Source of the DNA: Clostridiales bacterium
Lineage (GTDB): Bacteria; Bacillota; Clostridia; Oscillospirales; Acutalibacteraceae
Reading direction: 5' to 3'
Assembly: GCA_021200555.1 (NCBI GenBank)
Contig: JAJQGK010000026.1
Location: forward strand, 19,945 to 51,944
DNA length: 32,000 nt
Of the stretch, positions 1 to 9,056 are shown in pieces. How positions within the stretch are numbered: the first letter of the stretch is position 1; every line of letters starts with the position of its first letter. The notes beneath the pieces are model-generated. The model was given only the letters and a program-made list of their open reading frames with translations, was not told where the DNA came from and did no database searches. A program made the position numbers and the translations under genes.

Positions 1-461
1 AAAATAAGAATTGGCGGTCTGCCAATCAAAGCACTTGCAAGCCCTAATCTTTGCTTCATACCAAGCGAATACTTTTTCGCAAGCCTGTCTTTATACTGTG
101 TCAGCCCGACAAGCTCCAATGCATCGGAAACAGCAGTCTTAGGAAGCCCCAAAATTGTGCTGATGATTTCCAGATTTTCTTTACCGCTTAAATTCCCATA
201 AAAAGCAGGTGCTTCAATGAATGACCCGACCTCTTTCAAAATCTCTACTCGATTTTCTGGGTATTTTTTTCCGTCAATCATAAAAGAGCCATTTGTGGGC
301 TTCGTCAATCCGAGAAACATTTTCATCGTTGTAGATTTGCCTGCCCCGTTTGGACCGAGGAAGCCATACACCTGTCCTCTTGGAATATGAAGATTTATAC
401 CAGATACAGCCGTAAAATCAGCATACGATTTTGTTAAGTTTTTTGTTTCAATAATGTTCAT
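1..461 (-). CDS. ABC transporter ATP-binding protein (BcrA/lantibiotic-immunity-like ABC-2 ATPase), C-terminus cut by window edge
   Basis: Absent from the ORF track because it runs off the window. The reverse complement from ATG at 461 reads MNIIETKNLTKSYADFTAVSGINLHIPRGQVYGFLGPNGAGKSTTMKMFLGL...YSLGMKQRLGLASALIGRPPILI. It has Walker A GPNGAGKST and an ABC signature-like SLGMKQR. AAGGAG SD at 471-476. Confidence 0.85.
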   Translation of the reverse strand, partial: MNIIETKNLTKSYADFTAVSGINLHIPRGQVYGFLGPNGAGKSTTMKMFLGLTKPTNGSFMIDGKKYPENRVEILKEVGSFIEAPAFYGNLSGKENLEIISTILGLPKTAVSDALELVGLTQYKDRLAKKYSLGMKQRLGLASALIGRPPILI

Positions 462-526
462 ATCTGTTTGCTCCTTTCTCGTTATGGCTTCATTCTACAC
501 TTCCAACCTTGTGGCAACATTCTCGC

Positions 527-547
527 TACCTTACATCTACCTTACAT
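527..547. promoter_or_regulatory. Perfect direct repeat TACCTTACAT-C-TACCTTACAT (11-bp register), candidate OmpR-family response-regulator box in the divergent promoter region
   Basis: TACCTTACAT at 527-536 and again at 538-547. The repeat lies just upstream of a weak -35 for a minus-strand TAGAAT -10 (492-497), and about 35-60 bp upstream of the plus-strand extended -10 (580-588). Confidence 0.5.
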
Positions 548-579
548 TTATTCGCACATTAGAAAACTTCATAATTCTG

Positions 580-588
580 TGGTATAAT
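580..588 (+). promoter_or_regulatory. Extended -10 promoter element (TGgTATAAT) for the response regulator/kinase operon
   Basis: TGGTATAAT at 580-588, 24 nt before the ATG at 613. GAAGGTG SD at 601-607. No good -35, consistent with an extended -10 or activator dependence. Confidence 0.5.
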
Positions 589-612
589 GCTATTTAGAAA
601 GAAGGTGTCCGT

Positions 613-1317
613 ATGGATTTTCAATATTTGAAGAATAAACGCCTGTTACTCGTAGATGATGAGCAGGAACTTTTAGATATGGTTGTTTCTATTCTAAAAG
701 AGGACGGATTTAATCAAATAGCAACCGCAAAAACCGAAAAAGAAGCACTCACATTAGCAGACAACTTCCAACCAGAGCTTGCTATTCTTGATGTTATGCT
801 CCCAGACGGGAACGGTTTTTCTTTAATGGAACAGTTAAAGGAAAAGGGCGAATACCCCATACTGTTCTTAACTGCTCGTGGAGAGGACGAGGATAAATTT
901 AAGGGCTTTGGACTTGGGGCAGATGATTATATAGTCAAACCCTTTTTACCCAAAGAGCTGATATTCCGTATAATGGCAATTCTACGCAGAAGCTATAAAG
1001 GCGAAAATCCGCTTGTCAAATTACAAAATAGTGAAATTGATTTTGACCGTGCAGAAGTAATCAAAAACGGAGAACATATCGCACTTACCGCAAAAGAACA
1101 CGATATTTTGGCTGTACTTTACCGTAACGCAGGTCGTATTGTAACCATAGATGCCTTATGTGAAGCAGCTTGGGGCGAAAATCCTTTCGGATATGAAAAT
1201 TCTCTGATGGCACATATAAGACGCATCAGAGAAAAAATAGAGTTAAATCCCTCACACCCTGTATCCTTAATCACGGTCAAGGGATTAGGATATAAATTGA
1301 TTGCAGGAGGAAACTAA
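613..1317 (+). CDS. OmpR/PhoB-family two-component response regulator
   Basis: Receiver-domain motifs LLLVDDE and AILDVMLPDGNG, conserved K in YIVKPF, and a C-terminal winged-helix (trans_reg_C-like) ending ITVKGLGYKL. Confidence 0.95.
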   Translation: MDFQYLKNKRLLLVDDEQELLDMVVSILKEDGFNQIATAKTEKEALTLADNFQPELAILDVMLPDGNGFSLMEQLKEKGEYPILFLTARGEDEDKFKGFGLGADDYIVKPFLPKELIFRIMAILRRSYKGENPLVKLQNSEIDFDRAEVIKNGEHIALTAKEHDILAVLYRNAGRIVTIDALCEAAWGENPFGYENSLMAHIRRIREKIELNPSHPVSLITVKGLGYKLIAGGN

Positions 1318-1318
1318 T

Positions 1319-2710
1319 ATGAAAAGTGTACCGAAACTAATACGCCGTTTTGTGGGTATTTTGCTTCTCAGCTCCATTCTTTTAGTCATCTTAAATATTG
1401 CCCTGTTGGTTATATTTACAATGAAGCAGCTACCCAATGCCCAACCGTGGCAAACTGCTGAAGAAGTCGTTAATGCCCTACATCAGACGGCAGACGGAAA
1501 TTATGTACTGACAGACGAAATGGCTCTTGAATTAAATGAAGCTGATGTCTGGGGTATTTTCATTGACAATGACACAAAACAGGTAGTCTGGAAAACGGAT
1601 AATTTACCAGATACCGTACCTACAACATACACACTTTCAGATATTGCAAGTCTAACCCGTGGTTATATAAGCGATTATCCTACCTTTACGGGCGAAGCAG
1701 AAAACGGACTTGTGGTGCTTGGTTATCCCCCAAAAAGTTTTTGGAAACATATGTGGTCGAGTTGGGATTATCAGTTAATTGCTAACTTACCTAAGACGGT
1801 TCTCACGGCAATGATAATCAATGTTACTGTTATATTCCTCATTTATGTGATAGCAAATACAAAACTCTTAAAATCAGTAAAACCTATTACAAAAGGAATA
1901 CAGGACTTATCTATTGGAGAGCCAGTACAGATTAAAGAAAGCGGTTTGCTTTCGGAGATTTCCGCAAATATCAACCGTACCTCTGACATTCTCCAAAGTC
2001 AGAAATACCAACTACGAAAAAAGGAAACCGCCAGAGCAAATTGGATTGCAGGAGTATCCCACGACATCAGAACACCTCTATCAATGGTTATGGGATATGC
2101 AGGTCAGCTAAAAGATGATACACTCTTATCGGAAGAAGAACGGCAAAAAGCTGCGGTCATTGTAAAGCAAAGTGAACGTATGCGAAACTTAATCAACGAC
2201 CTTAATTTGGCATCAAAATTGGAATATGATATGCAACCGATAAATCTTGAAAAACAGAATTTAATTGCTATTGTACGGCAAGTTGTTGTAGATTTTATCA
2301 ATATGGATATTGAAGATAAATACCCGATTGAATGGGAAACAGATGAAACTTTAACTGTCTGCCATGTAAATGCCGACAAAGATTTAATCAAACGAGCCGT
2401 CAGTAATCTTCTCCAAAACTGTATTAATTATAATGAACAGGGCTGTAAAATATATGTTTGTGTCACGGCTACTGGTGAGAATTGTATAATTACGGTTTCC
2501 GATGACGGTGTTGGTGCAACAGACGAGCAAATAGAAAAACTCAATAGCACCCCTCATTATATGGTTTGTGATGAAAACACCACGGAACAGCGACACGGGT
2601 TAGGATTACTTATAGTAAAACAAATCCTTTCTTCTCACGGTGGAGATACCATTGTAGAGCATAGCATTTATGGCGGTTTTGCAGTCAAATTAACACTACC
2701 TATGATATAA
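1319..2710 (+). CDS. Sensor histidine kinase (two TM segments flanking a roughly 130-aa extracytoplasmic loop)
   Basis: H-box GVSHDIRTPLS, N-box NLLQNCINYN, G-boxes DDGVGA and GLGLLIV. The track start at 1301 is a TTG. ATG at 1319 sits 8 nt after GGAGG (1306-1310) and just after the regulator's stop codon, so it is preferred. Confidence 0.93.
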   Translation: MKSVPKLIRRFVGILLLSSILLVILNIALLVIFTMKQLPNAQPWQTAEEVVNALHQTADGNYVLTDEMALELNEADVWGIFIDNDTKQVVWKTDNLPDTVPTTYTLSDIASLTRGYISDYPTFTGEAENGLVVLGYPPKSFWKHMWSSWDYQLIANLPKTVLTAMIINVTVIFLIYVIANTKLLKSVKPITKGIQDLSIGEPVQIKESGLLSEISANINRTSDILQSQKYQLRKKETARANWIAGVSHDIRTPLSMVMGYAGQLKDDTLLSEEERQKAAVIVKQSERMRNLINDLNLASKLEYDMQPINLEKQNLIAIVRQVVVDFINMDIEDKYPIEWETDETLTVCHVNADKDLIKRAVSNLLQNCINYNEQGCKIYVCVTATGENCIITVSDDGVGATDEQIEKLNSTPHYMVCDENTTEQRHGLGLLIVKQILSSHGGDTIVEHSIYGGFAVKLTLPMI

Positions 2711-2719
2711 CTAATGAGA

Positions 2720-2764
2720 AACCGATGATTTATGATACATTCATAAGTCATCGGTTCTTTATAT
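2720..2764 (+). terminator. Rho-independent terminator after the kinase gene
   Basis: AACCGATGATTTATGA-TACAT-TCATAAGTCATCGGTT: a 16-bp stem with one mismatch, followed by a T-rich tract (CTTTATATTT). Confidence 0.75.
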
Positions 2765-2892
2765 TTAAGCAGTAATTCTGCCTACAACAAGAAGTGAAAC
2801 AGCTTGTTATAGGAATTTTCAAAGCGTTTCATAAGAAGTCACATCTCTGTACAATATAAAAGTAGCAGTTTCAGAGAATAGGTGGTGAGCTT

Positions 2893-3252
2893 ATGGACGA
2901 GAAAAATACTGACCTTGACTTCGATTTTATGCCGATAGGACAAGCGATTAAGAAAGCCCGTGAAGCCAGAGGAATAACCAGAGAACAGCTTGCAGGTATT
3001 GTTGACCGCAACCCCAGACACATTCAAGCAATCGAAAATGAGGGTAAATATCCGAGCATTGAGCTGTTTATTCAGCTTATTACGATGTTTGATATATCGG
3101 TTGACGAGTACATATTCCCAAATAAAGAAGTCAAAAAGAGTTCTGTCCGCAGACGCTTAGACGCACGGCTTGACATTTTGGATGATAGAGAGCTATCGGT
3201 TATCGAAGCAACTGTAAACGGTCTATGTAAGGCAAAAGAGCCAGAGGATTAA
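2893..3252 (+). CDS. XRE-family helix-turn-helix transcriptional regulator
   Basis: IGQAIKKAREARGITREQLAGIVDRNPRHIQAIENEGKYPSIELFIQLITMFDISVDEY is a canonical HTH_3/Cro-C1 domain. AGGTGGTGA SD lies upstream. Confidence 0.9.
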   Translation: MDEKNTDLDFDFMPIGQAIKKAREARGITREQLAGIVDRNPRHIQAIENEGKYPSIELFIQLITMFDISVDEYIFPNKEVKKSSVRRRLDARLDILDDRELSVIEATVNGLCKAKEPED

Positions 3253-3265
3253 ACCTCTGGTTTTT
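3241..3265 (+). terminator. Rho-independent terminator of the HTH gene (stop codon in the loop)
   Basis: CCAGAGG-ATTAAA-CCTCTGG followed by TTTTT. It sits between convergent genes. Confidence 0.65.
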
Positions 3266-3279
3266 CTTTTGCCCTTTTC

Positions 3280-5055
3280 TTAATAGGCAGGGATGCCATA
3301 CCCATAAATTGAGCTGCTTCCAACTCCGTATTGGTTTTGCCTGCAAGCATCGCCAGAGTTGCCCTCAACGGTGTAAACAATGCCGTTTTCGCATCGTTCC
3401 ACAATGCCCACATGGTCGATTATCCCGTCGCTATCCCAATCAAAGAAGATGATATTACCTGCTGTCGGCTCATAGTTTCGGTCTTGCCATTGACCGTTGC
3501 CCTTAAACCAGTCTGCACCGTCCGAACAGAGGGAGAATTTCGGGATAAGCCCGCTTTCCAGATAGCCGCATTGGTCGGCACACCAACTGACGAAGCAGGC
3601 ACACCATTCCACACGCCCGTCAAAGCCGTACCACGACCAATAAGGCTGACCGCCCTCATTGCCAAGCTGTGTCAGGGCAACCTCTACAATCGCCTGATTG
3701 CCGCCGCTTGTAAACGCCCGTCCGTATGGATAGTACCGCAGCACATGGGCGACATACTGTGTGTCGCCGTAGCTTTCCCAACCTAACCTTGATGCCTGCA
3801 TCGTGGAAAACTCCACCGCATTTGCATAGGAATAGCCGCCGTAGTTAGTTTTCGCCCACGAGATATAGCCGTTTCCGAAGTTGTAGCCCTGCAAGGCAAG
3901 TTTGATATGTTCCATATCAATCGGATTTTCCACTTCCGCAGAGATAAGGGCTGCCTTTAATTCCTGTACGCCACACTCAATGGAATATTCAGGGTCTTGG
4001 ATACCGTTCGGCTCGTGGGGATAACGGGTATTAAAGCTCCCTTCCGCCGCCTGCATCGGGTCAAGCCCACGACCGCCGCTTTCCTGCATCATCACGGCTT
4101 TGATAAGCTCCACATACTCAGGGATACCATATTGCTTGGCATATTTCTGTATCAACGGCTCATAGGCTTCCACCTCTGCACCGACAGGTGTGTAGGCATT
4201 GCTGCCGCCACCGCCGCCGAACAGTGAAACGGCACAACCTAACAGGACAACAATCAGGATTATCACAACAGAAACCCAACCGCCTGCTATCAAAGCAGAG
4301 ATAAGAGCCTTTGTTCCTGCGATAATCGCCTTGACCGACGCAATGGTGGCTCTGACTGCTGTTTTGGTTGCTTCCGCAGTCGCCTTTGCGGTAGCTTTTG
4401 CTGCCTGTGCCGCTTTCTGTGCGGCTTTCGCAGAAGCCTTTGCCGCTTCTTTCGTTGCCTTTGCCGTCTGCTCGGCGGTTTTAATCGTTGCCTTAGAGGT
4501 AGCCTGTGCGGTTTTTACCCCTCTTTCGGCGGTTTTGACCGAGCCTTTTGCAGCAGACTTTACCGCCTTTTCTGTATTTCGGGCGGTGGTCTTAATGGTT
4601 TTCCTGCTTTGCTGACGGGTCTTTATGAGCTGGCTTTTCCCACTCTGGGACATATCGGGAGCAGCAGAACGGCTTGCAGTTCCGTGACGGATCTGCAAGC
4701 CGTGTTGTTCTGACATATTCCGTTCCATTCTCTGCTCGGCGGCTTTGGCAGCCCGCTTTTGCTTGAAACCGGCAATCTTGTCCTTTGCCTTTCCGATATT
4801 CTCCTGTGTGGTCTTAACACTTTTCTGCCCCTGTTTATTGAATTGGTGTACGCCTTCCTCCGTCACACGCTCGGAAGCATAGGAAACTCTGTCGGCAGCG
4901 TACTCGGTGGCAGAGTTTTCATCTGCATAATACCCTTGTTCCGCTTTATCCTTTGTCTTGGCATAAGCGGCTTTCATTCGCTCGGAAGCAACGGCGGCTT
5001 TGTCTATGGTCTTGATTGTGCCTTTGACCGCATCTCTGGTTTTAATATTCGCCAT
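3280..5055 (-). CDS. Conjugation-associated peptidoglycan hydrolase: K/A/T-rich cytoplasmic N-region, one TM, lysozyme-like domain, C-terminal CHAP/NlpC-P60-type amidase
   Basis: MMQESGGRGLDPMQAAE is a lysozyme-like/transglycosylase motif. CACFVSWCADQCGY (Cys) and IIDHVGIVE (His) are CHAP-type. TM segment GGWVSVVIILIVVLLGCAVSLF. AAGGAGGG SD. Confidence 0.88.
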   Translation of the reverse strand: MANIKTRDAVKGTIKTIDKAAVASERMKAAYAKTKDKAEQGYYADENSATEYAADRVSYASERVTEEGVHQFNKQGQKSVKTTQENIGKAKDKIAGFKQKRAAKAAEQRMERNMSEQHGLQIRHGTASRSAAPDMSQSGKSQLIKTRQQSRKTIKTTARNTEKAVKSAAKGSVKTAERGVKTAQATSKATIKTAEQTAKATKEAAKASAKAAQKAAQAAKATAKATAEATKTAVRATIASVKAIIAGTKALISALIAGGWVSVVIILIVVLLGCAVSLFGGGGGSNAYTPVGAEVEAYEPLIQKYAKQYGIPEYVELIKAVMMQESGGRGLDPMQAAEGSFNTRYPHEPNGIQDPEYSIECGVQELKAALISAEVENPIDMEHIKLALQGYNFGNGYISWAKTNYGGYSYANAVEFSTMQASRLGWESYGDTQYVAHVLRYYPYGRAFTSGGNQAIVEVALTQLGNEGGQPYWSWYGFDGRVEWCACFVSWCADQCGYLESGLIPKFSLCSDGADWFKGNGQWQDRNYEPTAGNIIFFDWDSDGIIDHVGIVERCENGIVYTVEGNSGDACRQNQYGVGSSSIYGYGIPAY

Positions 5056-5088
5056 AGAAGCCCTCCTTTCTTACAGGCTCTGGAGCAG

Positions 5089-5862
5089 TCAGGCAATCTT
5101 TTTTGCTACCACAACAAACCTGCCGTTCTGTACGGAGTATTCGCAGGTGGAGAGGGTAATGAGCCTGTCGCCGTATTCGGCGGTCACACCCGTATCATAC
5201 AGGGCAAGCTCCTTGCACTTGTTCACATACTCATCAAAGGCTTTCTCGTCCTCGGCATCTACAAAGTCATAATAACGGAAGCCTGCGGAGCTGTATGCTA
5301 CGGTCTTGAACACAGCTACGATTTCATATTCTGCCTGCTCGATCAGGGTATCAAACTGAATGGTCTTGTGTTCCTCATAAAAACCCTTGTCCTTGTAGCT
5401 CTCCAATGCTCCGAACATCTTGCCGCCCTTAATGTGATGACCGTAAATCACAAGGTTGTCGCTTTCTGCAAGGTCGCAGTTCTCCTGCATATAGGGCGTA
5501 CCTAAATCGCTGTACGCCTTTTCAAAATTGTGCTTCAGATAAAAGTTCGGGTCATTGGGCGTCTGCATTACGGGATAATTGACTGTCGTGCCGTCAATGG
5601 AAATCCAACCGACCATATCCTCGTTTTGCAAATACAGTTCCTTATACTTGGCAAGTACATCTTCGCCCTCGCTGACAGGGATATCATCTGGTACGCCCTC
5701 GGTATCTGGGGTCTGCTCCACAAGCTCGGCTATCTGCTCAAAGGCTTCGGTCTGCTCGTCCACCTGTGCATAGTGATGATATACCTGAAAGCCGCAAAAA
5801 ACCGCCGCTGCGAAAAGCAGTACGGCGGCAACTACACAAATCTGCATCTTATATTTTTTCAT
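5089..5862 (-). CDS. srtB: Class B sortase
   Basis: N-terminal TM anchor, NYPVMQTPNDPNFYLKHNF, LVIYGHH (catalytic His), TLSTC (catalytic Cys), and a downstream Arg in NGRFVVV. Confidence 0.9.
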   Translation of the reverse strand: MKKYKMQICVVAAVLLFAAAVFCGFQVYHHYAQVDEQTEAFEQIAELVEQTPDTEGVPDDIPVSEGEDVLAKYKELYLQNEDMVGWISIDGTTVNYPVMQTPNDPNFYLKHNFEKAYSDLGTPYMQENCDLAESDNLVIYGHHIKGGKMFGALESYKDKGFYEEHKTIQFDTLIEQAEYEIVAVFKTVAYSSAGFRYYDFVDAEDEKAFDEYVNKCKELALYDTGVTAEYGDRLITLSTCEYSVQNGRFVVVAKKIA

Positions 5863-5877
5863 TGATTGCTCCTTTCC

Positions 5878-6282
5878 TTATCGAACATTGTCCGTCTGCT
5901 GCTTGGGTGTGGGAAGCTCCCTGCAATATTCGGGATACCTGACCTTAATCCCCTCCATAAAGTATGGGGCAAGCTCGCAGCAGAACAATTCCTCTGGCGT
6001 GAAAAGCCGTTCCCGCCCTTCTTCCGCATAGCCGTTCCAGAGATTAAAGGCAAGGTGGCAGACCTTGACCGTTCCGCTCGTCTGCCAGCCGCCGTGCATA
6101 CCCTCTGGCACAATGCAGTCGGTCTTAAAGTCAAACATCTGGTTAATGTTTGCCCTCGTTTCCGATGCAATCCCCATTACATAGAAAAATGCCCTGTGAT
6201 AGCAGTCATTGACCCTGCTTTTCATCATATTCTCCAGAAAGAAATCACGGTGGGCTGTACTTTTGAATTTAATATCTGCCAA
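5878..6282 (-). CDS. Conserved ICE protein of unknown function (DUF6075-like by recollection)
   Basis: ORF 5878-6300. The track start is a TTG overlapping the VirB4 stop. An in-frame TTG at 6282, 7 nt after GAGGTG, gives (M)ADIKFKSTAHRDFF..., which matches how I recall this family beginning. The family name is from memory only. Confidence 0.6.
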   Translation of the reverse strand: MADIKFKSTAHRDFFLENMMKSRVNDCYHRAFFYVMGIASETRANINQMFDFKTDCIVPEGMHGGWQTSGTVKVCHLAFNLWNGYAEEGRERLFTPEELFCCELAPYFMEGIKVRYPEYCRELPTPKQQTDNVR

Positions 6283-6286
6283 ACCT

Positions 6287-8620
6287 TTACACCTCACCAA
6301 ACTTGGTCGTCATCAGTCTGTAAAGTTCGGTGTTTCGTGGGAACTTATTGACAAACGGCACAAGGGAGCTTCCGACCTTTAGAAGCCCCTGACCTGCACC
6401 CACATTGGTAATATAGCTCATCTGAAGGTCGGAGATATTCAGGAGCTTGGCAAGCTCGATACGGTCTGTCGATGCCTGATTGAGCATAATGATAAACTCA
6501 CTGTTTGCAAGCATCGTCCTCGCCGTGTGGCTCTGCAAGAGGTCGTCCACGTTCTGGGTAATACCCGTACAGTATGCACCATACTTACGCACACGCTTCC
6601 AGAGGGTAAAAAGGAAGTTTGCGGAGTATTCATGCTGAAAGAGCAGATAAATCTCATCAATAAATATGAAAGTGTTCCTGCCTTTTGCCCTGTTCTGGGT
6701 AATGCGGTTTAAGATGCTGTCAAGAACGACAAGCATACCGATAGGCTGTAGCTGTTTACCCAGATCCAGAATGTCATAACAGATAAGACGGCTGTGCGTG
6801 TCCACGTTGGTATGCTTTGCAAAGGTATTCAGAGAACCGTTGGTAAACAGCTCAATGGCAAGGGCTATTTCCTTTGCTTCTGGCTCGTCCTGCTTTAACA
6901 GTTCCTCACGGAAGTCCTGTAAGGTTGGCGGCATTCCCTGATAATTGCCCTGCTGATAGTAGCGGTACACGCCTGCCGTGCATCGGTCAATGATAGACTT
7001 TTGTTTTGCCCCCAGACTTGCACCGCCGATGAGCTGTTCGCAAAGGGACAAAATAAACTCCGATTTCAAGATGACAGGGTTTGCACCGTCACCGTAATCG
7101 GAGTTCATGTCCATTGCGTTGATGTGGTTTTCGCTTGTTGCCGAGATATGGACAACCTCGCCCTGCATTGCCTTTACAAGCGGCGAATACTCACGCTCTG
7201 GGTCAATGATGATAACATCGGCATTGGGGTCAGTCAGGATGATATTCGTCATTTCTTCCTTTGCCGTAAAGGATTTTCCTGCGCCTGACACGCCGAGAAT
7301 AAATGAATTGCCGTTCAAGAGGTGGCGGCGGTTGGCGATAATCATATTTTTGCTGATGACATTCTGCCCGTAATACACGCCGTCCTTGTGGTAGATTTCC
7401 TGCACACGGAACGGAATAAATACCGCAAGGCTCTCCGTTGTTAGGGTACGCAGGGCATCAATCTTTCGTACCCCAAAAGGCAGAGCCGTGTTCAGCCCGT
7501 CCATCTGCTGATATTTTAGCACCGCAAACTGACAGAGGTGTTTCCTTGCCGTTGTGAGAAGAGCTTCGGTGTCGTTATCAAGCTGCTCTTTGGTGGCGGC
7601 GGTATGCACCATTGTCAGCACGGCGAACATCATTCTTTGGTCACGGGTCGTCAAATCGTCCAGAAACTCCTTGCTTTCCTTTCGCTGCTGTTCAAGGTCA
7701 TAGGGAATGACCGCCGAAAAGTTATTGTTCTGGTTTTGCTTTCTCTGCCAGTTCGTGATATTGGTTTCCACGCCGAGCAGTCGGTTTTCCACCTCACGCA
7801 CGGCTTCGTCCGTGGGAACGGGTACAACATCAACCGACAGCATCATATTACGGTTAAGCTCGCAAAGCTCCGCCACCATACTGTCTTTGATATAGGCGGC
7901 GTATTCCCTGAGAAAAATCACACGCCCGTACCTGTTGCCCATACGGAAATAGTCTTTTTCAAACTCAAAGGTATCAGGGCAGATAAAGTCCTTAAAGTCG
8001 TGACCTTTCCGCATCGTCTGTGACATATCAAAACGGAACGCCGTTTCCTCGCCTGTGCGGTAGAAGTCGTGAAAGATACGGAGCTTTTCTTCCGCTTCAA
8101 GCTCCACGCACCGAGAGCCGAGTCTGGAGAAATGGGCGATAAGGTCAGCACCCACACGGGCAAAGTAGTTCCGTGCTTCCTCAATGTTCTTTTTGCACAC
8201 CGATACCGTCACATATTTGTCCTGCACAATGGAATTAGCCCCCGTTGCCTTATCAAGCAGCATCTTGTTGTATTCCGTGCGGTATTTATCCAGACCGTCC
8301 TCTGCCATAGGAATAAGAATGGTCTGCTCAAAGTCAGCCTTATTCAAACGGCGATTGTTGATAGTGATTTTCGTGGTCGCACCGCTGTCGAGAGCGTTCA
8401 GAAGCTCCGAGTATTCAAGGAACATCGCTTCCTTGTCCTCACGGCTTGCCACGGCATAGTTTATATCCTCAAACTTAAATGTCTTTGCGTATTTGTTGCT
8501 GCCGACAAGGAAAATGCCGTCTGCCCAGATAGTCTTTATCGGGATAACGCTCTGCACCGATTTCGGCACAACAAACTTTTCCTTGTCCTGCTTGAACAGA
8601 TTTCTAAGCGTTTTTAACAT
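6287..8620 (-). CDS. VirB4-like type IV secretion ATPase (CD1110/TcpF-like)
   Basis: 777 aa. Walker A GVSGAGKSF, Walker B TFIFIDEIY. AAGGAGG SD. 17-nt overlap with the upstream PrgI-like gene. Confidence 0.93.
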   Translation of the reverse strand: MLKTLRNLFKQDKEKFVVPKSVQSVIPIKTIWADGIFLVGSNKYAKTFKFEDINYAVASREDKEAMFLEYSELLNALDSGATTKITINNRRLNKADFEQTILIPMAEDGLDKYRTEYNKMLLDKATGANSIVQDKYVTVSVCKKNIEEARNYFARVGADLIAHFSRLGSRCVELEAEEKLRIFHDFYRTGEETAFRFDMSQTMRKGHDFKDFICPDTFEFEKDYFRMGNRYGRVIFLREYAAYIKDSMVAELCELNRNMMLSVDVVPVPTDEAVREVENRLLGVETNITNWQRKQNQNNNFSAVIPYDLEQQRKESKEFLDDLTTRDQRMMFAVLTMVHTAATKEQLDNDTEALLTTARKHLCQFAVLKYQQMDGLNTALPFGVRKIDALRTLTTESLAVFIPFRVQEIYHKDGVYYGQNVISKNMIIANRRHLLNGNSFILGVSGAGKSFTAKEEMTNIILTDPNADVIIIDPEREYSPLVKAMQGEVVHISATSENHINAMDMNSDYGDGANPVILKSEFILSLCEQLIGGASLGAKQKSIIDRCTAGVYRYYQQGNYQGMPPTLQDFREELLKQDEPEAKEIALAIELFTNGSLNTFAKHTNVDTHSRLICYDILDLGKQLQPIGMLVVLDSILNRITQNRAKGRNTFIFIDEIYLLFQHEYSANFLFTLWKRVRKYGAYCTGITQNVDDLLQSHTARTMLANSEFIIMLNQASTDRIELAKLLNISDLQMSYITNVGAGQGLLKVGSSLVPFVNKFPRNTELYRLMTTKFGEV

Positions 8621-9044
8621 CGTCTACCTCCTTACGCTTTTTTGCTTTCTTTGGTTTCTTCTGGGCTTTTACCCTTTGCTTCTTTGGCACAGCAGGCAAG
8701 CCCTTTTCGTGGGCTGCAAGGGTCGGCTTCAACGCTTCGTAATAGAGATTGTCAGGCAAAAACACAATCCGTTTCGGCATCAGAAACTCCGACTTTATCC
8801 ACGCCCAGACAAACTGCTCGGCGGTCATACCGTTGTACTTGATAAAGCCCATAGCCGCAAAGGGGAATGCACCTAAGATACACACCCAGCTTAGGGTTTC
8901 CGTTCCAAAGTGAGGGCGAAGCAGAAAGTATAGCCCCGCCGCCACGCCGCAGGCAAGAACTGAAAAAATAAACTGCCTGAGTGACAGCCCGAAAAACATA
9001 CTTTCCGTATAATTGCGTATTTCCTTATTTATCTTGACTTCCAA
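8604..9044 (-). CDS. PrgI-family membrane protein (T4SS component)
   Basis: (M)EVKINKEIRNYTESMFFGLSLRQFIFS followed by two TM helices. TTG start 5-6 nt after AAGGAGGTGA. Its position immediately upstream of VirB4 is conserved in these elements. Confidence 0.8.
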   Translation of the reverse strand: MEVKINKEIRNYTESMFFGLSLRQFIFSVLACGVAAGLYFLLRPHFGTETLSWVCILGAFPFAAMGFIKYNGMTAEQFVWAWIKSEFLMPKRIVFLPDNLYYEALKPTLAAHEKGLPAVPKKQRVKAQKKPKKAKKRKEVDDVKNA

Positions 9045-9056
9045 AATGTCACCTCC

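Noticed and set aside
1914-2596. ORFs nested in or antisense to the histidine kinase gene (1914-2111 plus strand; 2104-2391 and 2384-2596 minus strand)
   Set aside because: They overlap a kinase gene with a full set of H, N and G boxes. Their translations are low-complexity with no SDs.
2789-2842. Short repeats upstream of the HTH gene (AAGAAGTGA / AAGAAGTCA; ACAAG...CTTGT) as a possible operator
   Set aside because: The matches are only 6-9 bp and imperfect, within an AT-rich region where such matches are expected by chance. This is too weak to call.
4199-4615. 138-aa Ala/Phe/Val-rich plus-strand ORF (looks like a multi-TM protein)
   Set aside because: It is the reverse-frame image of the K/A/T-rich low-complexity region of the hydrolase gene (GCx/AAA/ACx codon runs). 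The apparent hydrophobicity is a compositional artefact.
4759-6351. Several plus-strand ORFs (4759-5505, 5000-5272, 5530-5865, 5866-6351) and the minus-strand ORF 5859-6170
   Set aside because: All overlap the well-supported sortase and DUF6075-like genes in other frames or on the other strand. They lack SDs and motifs.
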